Positions 31,273-42,187 of a stretch of 64,000 bases of DNA are shown piece after piece. The notes under the pieces were generated by a model. That model searched no databases. It was not told where the DNA came from and saw only the letters and a program-made list of their open reading frames with translations. Each line of letters opens with the position of its first letter. The stretch's first letter is position 1. Origin of the DNA: Trichoplax adhaerens (lineage: Eukaryota > Animalia > Placozoa); assembly GCF_000150275.1 (NCBI RefSeq), contig NW_002060951.1:1746297-1810296 (forward strand), read 5' to 3'. Position numbers and translations under genes: made by a program.

Positions 31273-32308
31273 CTAAAGACACTGTATAATTAAAATGAGA
31301 TTATTAATTACTTCGCCTTTAGAGGAAAAATAAGAAGTTTGTGTCAAGTATAATGTTTTTATTTGAAGATTCAGATATGTTTGGCCACATTAACCCAAGT
31401 AAAGTATTATACTACCATCAATTTTAGTTGCTTGTAATATGGAAACATTTAATATTACCGTAATTTCATAAAATTTTACAATCTTTAGTTTTAGCTGCAT
31501 AAAGTAATACTCGTATTCAATTTAAATCATAATTATCAATTGAAATTTAGCGATACTAAAAAGCAAGAAATATGCAGTTGAAATGCATTTTAAAATAATA
31601 GCTACATCGAAGATAAATCATTAATAAAAAATTAAAACTGCTAAATTGCAACCATCGATCTAAATTATAATTAATTGTACAATTAATTGATGTATCTTTC
31701 CGCATATGCTCCATTAACAGGATTAAACGAGTTGATAAACATTCCTGTAATAACTGTTTAGGTATCAAATTCTTTCAGACAATGATTTATGCCATCTGAA
31801 ACGTTTAAGTTTGTGCTCAAAATTTAGAGAGATGATCTGAATTAATAACGATGCAATAGATTATTTGACAAATATTCTCTTATCATAAACTTTAAAATAC
31901 TTTTATTTACTGCACATACGCTTCACTAATATCATATATTCGTTTGGAAACAGGATATTTGACGTTATTAAGGGACGAAAAGTTATATACAGCGAATACA
32001 ACATTAAAATATACTTTCGTACTGAGAATGTTCCCTTCTAAATTATAACTTTACATCATCAGACAGTTTTGCCATCCGATATGTTTACTATTACAGTATG
32101 AAGCGAATAAATTTAGGGTGTTCACTTTTATAAGAATCCTAGTATGATGCGTCATTAGACACCAGTTTTCATATTGCAATATGTTTATATCATAAAAAAT
32201 TAAAGTTCTTTATCAATATCTTAACAGGCACAAAATCAGCAATGTCTATATAAACTTAATACATCATGCTGTTTCGTAGTTATGTATGATCAAGGTGTTG
32301 GATAAAAA

Positions 32309-35300
32309 TCAGTAACTTTTCCTATTCAAAGATTTCGGGTTTTTCTCAATACCTTTATTGTTAGCTGCTCTTAGTAGCATTCGCTTCTCGATTAATGTCT
32401 GCGTGTCAGGAAAGTCTGTTGACCAGAAATCGGGAGGAGTATCTGGTCTGCTGCATACAGCTCGATGCCTAGAGCAGTTTTTCATTCTTTCACGTAATTC
32501 TTTTTCACTCAAACCTAACCCTGAGTAATACTAAATAAGCCATAAATCCAAAAGTTAAAAATAACATAGCAATATAATACAAAGTAACTTATTTAAATTA
32601 TAGTTATTTTAATCGCTAGGAATTATTTACAATCATGACCTTCTTGCACAAGTCACACGCATGCCCATCTAATTGTCTACGTTCGTTCTTCTTTCGGACT
32701 GTTTCAGAGTACTTAAAATTTGGCTTCTTGCTATAATAAAACGAAAGAGGAGTATCTATATAAGAACTATAGATTTTGTGCAATAAGTAAGCATAACTAT
32801 GAATACCCATGATTCTTAAAAGATTGATCGATCGTTGTGATAGGCAATTTGATTTTCATTTCCTGACAATGAATGAATACGCTGTATTATCAGTTTTATA
32901 TAGCATAAGAGAGTTCACAACTATAGTATAGCGTGCAATATCAAGTTACATTTTTGCAATGCACGTCTAATTTACTTACAGTATCTCGGATACTTTCTGG
33001 TGTTTTTGGACTATTTCGTTTTGTTAGACTTATAAGTTCGATCGCGTCTCCATTATTTTTCACGGTAATTGTATTGCCAAGTTCTTCCAAATTCGAATCT
33101 ATGTCGCTAAAAGAGGATATGCGAAAAAAATAATTCCGTTAATAGCAACGTAGCAACTAAGTTCGTTATATAGTTATAGACCTAAGATTGTCGGAAGATT
33201 TCTGTAGTCCTTCGGCTTCATCTGCCCAAAAAATTGATAATAACGATGAAATCATTTATTTATTGACCATGAAACCTTTCAGGAACGTTCTGTTATCATT
33301 GCCAAAACGTACTTACCAGTTACACAGTGTAATTCGTTCTCATAATTTTCGTTAGTGTTACGGAGGCCTTTATTTAAATCATTGAATGATTTCGTCTCAT
33401 TTTGGTCAATGTAATTGTTGTTAGCATCATGAATGCCACTTAGAGTTATATCATTGTCGGCTATCTCTTCCTCTTTTTCTTTGATTTCGTCTTCAATCAT
33501 ATCAGGACAACAAGCAACTAATCTACCTTCTCTAGGCTTATAAACCGGTGATGACGGCTGGGTCATCGTCAAGTCTATGCTTGCTTGCGAATCAATAATA
33601 GGGACACTTTCAGTTATATCTATTTTAAAATCGTTATGATGACTATCTACGACCGGTAGATTGCAGTTTGTGGTCCCAGTCAGGTGGTGTCTGTATCGCT
33701 GCCTTTTCTTATTAAATTTTTTTAGTTTCATTGGTTTATGTGTATCATTCTCCGTTATTGTTGCATCATCATCTTGAATTTGCTTTTCTGTACTTTCATC
33801 TACGGCATTTAATTCATCTTCTGAAATTGGACCGTGCTTTCTGTGGAAAATAGCGGTAACTTTAAGATAATAAATTAAAGAGACACACCGACTGCATGCA
33901 ATCACAAAAATTAATAGCAGTTCTATAAACCTTTTTTTGTTATTTGTCGAATCTGATAATTCTGGATCAAGAATTTTATCAGACTGTAATAAATCCACCA
34001 GGACCCCCATCTCACAATCTACAAAGGAAATTATTACTTAAAGCTTTGTGATTGAAATCTTTACGAATCTCTTCTTAGTTAACTAATCCATCAGGTAATT
34101 TAAGATAATTATAGAACGTTTTAGATCTATAATTTTTAAAACTCTTTATTATTTACATACAACAAATCATCTAGTAAACAGATTCAAAACTAACTTGGAA
34201 TAGATTTTTGTCTATTTAATAGTTTTTCCGTGTACCGCCTCCATTCCGTTTCTTTAATCAGATAGTTCTCTCTATCTCTATTCCAAAATATCAATTATTA
34301 TTTCGCATTCAGGTCAGTTAAGAGTAATAAGAAAAAATTCTACGTTCTTAACGTGGCATATCACGTTAATAGCACATTTACTTCACCGATTCCGTTAGCC
34401 TGCTTTTATAAAATATCGCAAAATAGCAAAGTAGCTATGCATGGGGTTACTTTTTCTAGTAGTCCCTGCTATCTAATTATTTCAAAGAGAATCTTACTTT
34501 TTGGCACGTTGACGGGCCTTCTTCAATGCTTCAGTTAGCGTTTGAACTTGTTCAACTAAATTCAGATTATTCTCCTTTAATCTATGAAGGGTAAGAATAT
34601 TTCAAGAACAAGATTAAATGTTTACATTAACGAACTTAATAGCAATAATTGAATATTGTTATATGATAATATGCATGACAGATTGACAGTATATCAACTG
34701 GTTCATCAGGTATATCTAACAGTAAAAATAGTATCGCACATTACCCTGAGCTAGTTAAGTCAAGAAAATTATCGATTGCATAGCTGCGAGTTTAAATCAT
34801 TTCTTTACTATTACTACTGTACTGTATATTTTTTAACCCCTGGTAATGATATATTGTAAAATACTGGTAAAATGCTGTACTACTAGCTTTACCAGCACTT
34901 TGCAAATTACGTATAATTAGGCAAGTGCCCCAATTTTTTATCTAGATAGGATATGTTCAACAAGCAGTCTAATATATGCATTTATATTGCGAGCAGTTGG
35001 GCATTTCTTTCTCTTCAGAGACTAATTCAGCATAGGAACCTAAGACATTATACGAATTCCATCTGATAAAAAATATCTAATCTAAGCATTGGTAGTTGAA
35101 CTTGGGATTCGTTAAATCCTACAGTTAGTTTTTCACTGTTACATTAATATTGGTATTCATTTTAAAGCGATCATGTTGTAATCAGTGCTGAGCAAAATAA
35201 TATTGTTAACTAAGGCAAATTATTATTGGGATTATAAAAGGTTCATTATACATACAAATATAGCCTATTCGACGAGGATGAAATATTAAATTAAGGAGTG

Positions 35301-36105
35301 GGGAAAAAGCTTAATACTGTATGTAAAAGATTACTAGATGATAATAAGTTAATTGTAATTATGAATATAACGTGTCAGGATACGAGCTGGCGAGGATGAA
35401 TATCATAGATCGAAAGTTGACAGATATATCATTCACTTATTGAATTAAAGAAGATTTTCTTCAATATACAAATACCCCATATTCAAGGTGCAAGCTCGTG
35501 AAATTAAATATTACAGAATGAAGAGTGGAAAAAATGTTTAATATGTGAATAAAATTGTTGGATTATAGCGGATATACAGTGTTACAGCGCGGGTATATAC
35601 GAATTCGTACATCATAGTCAAGATGCGAGCTCGCGCGAGTAAACATCACAGATTAAGTGTACATGTATATAGAAATTCGTATTAGTTTAAGCCTAATATC
35701 TCCATGTTTACCGTAAGTCGTACCAGTTAAAATTATGAATTGTATCTACTATGTCAAAAGTAGGTAAGTTTGAATAGTACTAATTTATCAAAGTGTATGT
35801 AGTATAATACTCGTAGGCGAGAATAACAAGGTTTTTTTTACTTTCACTGAACAAATTCACAAGAGTTTGGTATACACGTGCATCTACTTCTACTCACGTT
35901 TTCAACTCTTTTTCTACGTCCTTCCATTTATTTCCAATTTCTACGAAAGTAATCAATTAACTACTTCAATCATAATATCCATGAAATTATGTTATAAGAT
36001 TGTAATAGATATATTTTACGAGAAATTTATTCTATTATAGAGATTTTCGTCCAGTTCTTCCTTACCTTGGATTACACTTTCCAAAAGGTTACGAATACCA
36101 TCCAT
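32309..36105 (-). CDS. RBBP8: CtIP/RBBP8 (Sae2/Ctp1 family DNA end-resection factor), about 11 exons, about 460 aa
   Basis: The C-terminal domain FKYSETVRKKNERRQLDGHACDLCKKYY...CSRHR...PDTPPDFWSTDFPDTQ carries CxxC, RHR, a CDK TP site and an ATM/ATR TQ site. The N-terminal coiled coil starts at ATG 36105 (MDGIRNLLESVIQEIGNKW), with an in-frame TGA just upstream. Confidence 0.92.
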
Positions 36106-36581
36106 GAATCACGGTTTGGAGATGACTGTGATTTGAACGAACTTTTAGTGATGTCAAGCTACAAAAGCGCTCGACGTTTGGGTGACAATATTCACTGACA
36201 ACACCAATAAAAATTGTTCAGTGAAGAATGTTCACTGAAGAGTGTCCACCTCACCTGTAGCACGTACGTGCGTACTCAACCTACTCATGCGTCGTTCACC
36301 ATTAAATACGTTGATTTGCAACGGTTCCAGGTTGAATAGTTTAGCAGGAGTTGAGTAATTTGGAATCACTGAATAGAGTTAGCAATGCAAGCATCTGCAC
36401 TTATAAATGATCGTTTACAATTTCAATTTTCCGCTGCTCTGGAAAGTGTATTAGCATTGAGGATCTAAGCAGGCATACAAATCCATACCGTAAGTAGTAC
36501 ATTCTTGTAATCAGGTACAAAAACTAGTAGTTGAGACTTGTGTAAACACGCCTGCAATAATTTAAGGAAGAACGAGAGTCA

Positions 36582-36812
36582 ATACAGTACTGTACAGTTA
36601 TGTCAGTATTAATGTACAGTACAGTACAGTACAGCATGCAATACCGTATGAGTGAATGACCTACTGTAGTGTACACGGTACTCTACACTGTACAGTACAG
36701 TACTGTACAGTACTGTACTGTATAACCGAAATACTACTGTACAGTACTACAGTGTTCAGTGTACAGTACAGTACTGTACAGTATAACCGTACTATACTGT
36801 GTACAGTACAGT
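36582..36812. promoter_or_regulatory. TACAG/CTGTA array in the RBBP8 / coiled-coil-gene bidirectional promoter
   Basis: Dense pentamer array with a perfect 32-bp palindrome at 36691-36722. Confidence 0.55.
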
Positions 36813-36858
36813 ATAAAGTGGTAATTTGTGATCGTTGCTGTAGTTACCGTTATTCGAA

Positions 36859-39800
36859 ATGGCGAGCAAAGGTATGAAAGGTAAATCAAATTTAAAGCCA
36901 ACCGCTTCGAAAGGTGAATATGCTTGCTCACTAAAATTGATGTGCCAAAATGTGCAGGTTTTACGTGCTCTAACATTGGTCATCAACGTTCGTGATAAGT
37001 TACCAATCATACAGGTTCCGTAATTCATTCCATATTAAATGATAGTCAGCATGTTTTTCGGCAATTTGTGACTCCATAGTGAATACTTGTATATATAGGT
37101 TACGTACACTATACAAGTATGTAAGATGCGCATAGTTAATAAATCAAAGAGCGTTCGATATCGTAAAATAGAATATGAATTCACTCGTATTTATTATAAG
37201 CATGCAATTGATATGCTGAATATATTGGAAATTTAGCCATCGTAGTAAACGCGATCATACGGAATTTAGACACTTTAAAATTAATGTATATATAGTGACC
37301 GCCATGCTTTGTGTTTATGCCACCGTTATAAATTTCATACAGTATAGTTCCAGGCTTCAATGTATTGCACTTTATTTATTATTATTTCGAATATTCTTAT
37401 GTAAAGGCGTGTATCACTAATTTGTTAGTCCATGTATAAAGGTACGCTTAAGTGAACTATTTATAATTTCATTTTAATTACATAAGCGATGTCAGAATCC
37501 CTCAGAGTATTTTCTTTTCGAGTCTTACATTCAAGATTTAATTTCAAATATCTCGAAAGAAAACATTCCTGTACTGTAAATACACATTCTCTATAGTTGA
37601 ATATGCTTTATTGAAAGTAGAATTGTAGTCAATGCAACTTTATAGTATAATGTAATTCTATTTTAATATTAAGAATAATACCATAAAGTAAGGCAATAAC
37701 AAAATTCTATGATTTGCGTAGGTTTAGCACTTACTGGTTTAAACTACTATGATTATTATTACATATCAAGAAATTTAGAAATTTGATTAGATTGGTTTGA
37801 TTTACTACAGATTCAGGCAATTATGATATGAGTTTGAGTAGTGCAATGCATAAGAATACCATAGTAGCAAATGAAAATATTTAATGTATCTAAAGTTCGT
37901 TATTCGAGTTGCATAACGTAGCGTTTTTAATAACAATATCTTAGGAAATCCCAAAATGAGAACTACTAAATCGTTATCAGCCTCAACGATGGGTGGATTG
38001 GTAGAAACTAATACATCAGCAAAGTATGAAAGCGATATTTAGTAAATTTTACGTCTTGCACTGTCATTTCTAGTCATAGCCTTAGTAATCAGTGGCAATG
38101 TTTTATGTACTTTAATAATTACCTTGAATGTCTATCTATATTTACAATAGAGAAAAAATATGAATAGAATAGCAATACTTTAGGCTTGACCTGTTGTACA
38201 TAGATGACATTGCATAGTATAAAATTTTACATTGTAATAAACACCGAAAGTCTAAAGCAGTAGTAATATTTATTTGGCATTCTTGTTGGTCACCATCGTA
38301 TAGTTGAGAAATCTAAATTAATAAATTGGTATGATGTTCCAGAATTAATCAACTAGCAACAGCTGACTTGACTAAAATAGAAAACGAATACATTAAGAAT
38401 TTGCAACAACAAATTTATTACCTGGAACTGGAAACTGGTTACTTGTATCCTGTCACAAAGCAGATAATAGTGAAGGCGGATTATATACATGCCGTTTTTC
38501 ATATATTATAGTATATACTTTTTCCATATTAAAATTCTATGTTAAGAATTTCTTAGCGAAGATTTTCTTAAAGGAAAGATCAATTACAAAAAAAACCTAA
38601 AGGTATTTAGCTTCTTATATCTATTCCAGTAAATAATTTAAGTCGTGCACATCGCGATAACTTCTTGTAATGATATCATCTTGTTTCCTTATTGCTGCAA
38701 GGAGATCCTGAAATGAGCGCTTCACTAACTCAGTTAGACCCTAATTCTGGCGTTGAGGTAATATTTTACATTATTTATGAAGCAGAAGCTTATGATTCAA
38801 GTAGTAGTGTTCCTTTCCTTAGCTTTATTTAAATATTTTTAATCTTTCATTAGCTATTTCAAAAGGAAATTCAGCGATTCAGGAAAGAGCTGGATCAAAA
38901 AAATGCAGCACTAGAATTAATGGATTCTGAAAGGCAAAAATTAATCGCCCAACTGGATAATGTAAGAGGTAAGCATGTTAATAGATCCGATATGGTTAAT
39001 CTCTTCGCACAACTTAGATAGAAAACTTGTCTATGTTACGAAAATAATATATTTTTTAATTCACTATCAAGATGCATATCTAGCCGAAAAGAAGAGCTTA
39101 ATCGAGCAAAATGTTAGCTTAAAAAGATGGCGAGAGGCTCATGCTAAGGATATCCAGAAACTAGAGAAACAAATAGTTGATGCACAGTATGAAATACAGA
39201 AAATATCTGTTGGCAAGAGTGATGTTGAAAATCGAATTAAAATATTAGAAAGTCAAGTAAGAAAGTTTGAATTATAGACGATATGCAATTCTGATATATG
39301 CATCTTAACATTATGAGATTTTCTTAAAAATAGCTTTCAATTCCTGAATTTTTAGATTGATCAGTACACTGATGAAAATAAACAGCTGACTTTAACGTTA
39401 GAAAACAAAAGAAGTGAGTGTATTAAGTTGCAAACTAAACTACAACAACAAGAAAACCAATTATATGGTATCGACAGGGAAACGCAAGAAGAATTAATTA
39501 ATGAATTAAAGGTACCGTAAGTTTGGCCAATATAACAGGCATTAGCTTACCGAAAACTGAATTCTAATATTTGGTTTAGAGAGAAATTGAAACTTTACGC
39601 AATGATCTTAAAAGCGCTCAGATTAATTCTAATCAAGACCGACATCTAAGGAAAAAGGTAATAATAACTTAAAATTTTGAGCAATCTATTTGGCAAATTT
39701 AAGTGATTACAAATTATATCCATCTTTCTTTAAAACTAAATTTTTCTAAGGTAGATAAGCAATCTAGTTATACCCATGGAATATTGACGTATTATCTTTA

Positions 39801-41280
39801 TTTGATATTGTATTTTGCAATTTATCATCATTTGATATTTAGTTATTTACTTCTTAACCCAAGAGCGATGCAGTCGCGTTAGATAATAATTAATATTTGC
39901 CATAAGTTAAGTATATCAAGACTAATTTTGAAAGTGACTATATTTTGTACTTTACGTAAAGATAGCAGATGACTGCGAGCAATTAATAAAGGAAAATTCC
40001 GCTTTAAATACGCAGCTGTTGGAACTACGAAAAAAAGCAGACCTTGTCAGTTAATAATACATAATTTATGTAGAAAGGGCTTCCGCTTTATTATCTTTAG
40101 CAACATCATTAGGTATTAAATTCAAAATTATTTACAATAGGACTTTCAGACACGAGATCAGCGAGAGAAGCGAACTGATACTTCATTTCATGAACTTATA
40201 ACTTTACAAGAAAGTGAAAAACATAATCAAGAGGAAATTAAACGACTGAAAGAATCTTTACGCCAAGAACAACTACGTGTAAAGGACTGTTTATGTCAGG
40301 TTTGATATCAATATAGACCATATTAGGACTAGAAATTTATAGTACTTAAAATGTTAAATAAATTAGTCTCAAGAGTTAATCCATACTGGTAATACTTTGT
40401 TACGTACAGCTTTCTGTATTTTTCTAATATCATGATTAACTTTGCAATGATAAATATTCATATCCCTAATGATAATAGTTGACATCACAGGAACATATCA
40501 TCACTAAAGGTATACTTGCATTAATTGAATTTCATTTTTTACCTCCATGTAAATATTTATTAATAACTTTAAATGGATAATAAGTATGAATGGTTTAGTG
40601 GATGTTATGAAAGATTAAATACAATATTGATGTTTTTACATTTGGCATCATTATTCTACTTTTTATCTTTACAAACGAACATATACGAAGTTATTAATTA
40701 AATCATTGCTGGTACTAATAATACAACGAATATCATTTTTTATAACTTCCTCTAACTATACTATCTCTTCATCAATTAGCACAAATGGACCGAGAAGACG
40801 TAAGCCAAAAGCAGATAGACCTCGAAGAGAGGAATAATTTGATCGAATCCGAAAATGTTACCCTTCGCCGAGATATGATAATGCTAAGCGATCGGATTAC
40901 ATCTTTACAGGAAACAGTAAGAATGAAATTGCAAATTGATATGATTATATGTTCAATACTATCTCAGATACATATCAACCCCAAACAAATTTATCCTTTA
41001 CTACTGTACGACCATTTATATATGGATAAGTTTAGTTTACCATACGGACAGTAATCTATTTAAATCTACCTTAGATTGCACTAAAAATATTTTCATTTTA
41101 ATTTATTAGCTTGATAGAAGTGAAAACGAATGTAGTAAGCTACGAAGTATGCTAACAGTTAATGAAAAACAGCTATCTGAACTAGCGGCTGTCAAACAAC
41201 TTCGCGACAGTATGCAAAATGTAAAATGGGATGAATTTCAGAAAGTAGCTGAAAAAATTCAGTCATTTTCAATCGGCTGA
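36859..41280 (+). CDS. Uncharacterised all-coiled-coil protein (about 14 exons)
   Basis: MASKGMKGKSNLKPTASK | GNPKMRTT... | INQLATADLTKIENEYIKNLQQQIYYLELETGYL | ... ADDCEQLIKENSALN ... VKWDEFQKVAEKIQSFSIG*. Exon phases are consistent and the sequence is heptad-rich. Confidence 0.85.
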
Positions 41281-42187
41281 TCAAGCCAATTATCTGTTAT
41301 TTTAATCAGGTTAATTGCAGTTATACACTATATTTAAGGATGCATTGTTAGCCGTTCATGATAATGGCAATCGTGTATGCGTATTAAAGATTAATTATTG
41401 TATTTAAGTAGGTACTTGCTATTTACTACGAATGTTAGCTTTGAAACTGATGGTAGTATTGTAGGCATGATATATGTGCTGGAGATCAGCATAATTCTGG
41501 AATAACTATATTGAGAGAAAATTTTAATACCAGTCTGATTCTCGTTGATATCGCAAAATTGTTATCCCATCAAAGGTTTTGCAAAGCTAGCCATATGGAC
41601 ACAAGGCTGGTACCAGAAAGCCTGTTTTTGTAAGATATCCAAACCAAATTGTATATGTACGGTAATGTTTAACAGAATCCTAATTATACTGTGCGAGTAC
41701 GCTAAAATTTCACTGATGTTAGCTTGTATATAAATTTAAGAATGATAAAAAATTTTTTTACTATAAATAGTTCTTACTTATAGCCTATATAATTAAAGCC
41801 CGAGCTTCATTAACTATACGTCAATACACACGCACATTTATTGATGAAACTATCAACAATGAATAAGCTAACTTTTATTTCCAATAAGGGTACCCCGAAC
41901 GTTCAAATAATTAATATATCGATTAGAGGACAAATTACTCATATACTTAATTACGAAGTTACGGTACAAAAAATAGAGAATGCAATCGCAAATGCTATCA
42001 TACCTATCTGCTATACCTTGACATATATGTATTGCAGTAATACGTAATTATAATGATTAGTGAATCATTATAATTTATTGAACCTATAGCTCTTAATTAC
42101 GGGAGTATATCAAGCCTTTTGTTTTCAGGAAATTTACATCACCAACGGCATAGTATTTTTATCGGAACCTAACTGCACTAATCTAGT

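Noticed and set aside
32513-32525. CTAACCCT telomerase-template-like sequence
   Set aside because: It lies in the RBBP8 coding exon (SGLGL) and is coincidental.
36215-36239. TTCAGTGAA/TTCACTGAA inverted repeat upstream of the RBBP8 ATG
   Set aside because: A 9-bp stem is too short to distinguish from chance without conservation data.
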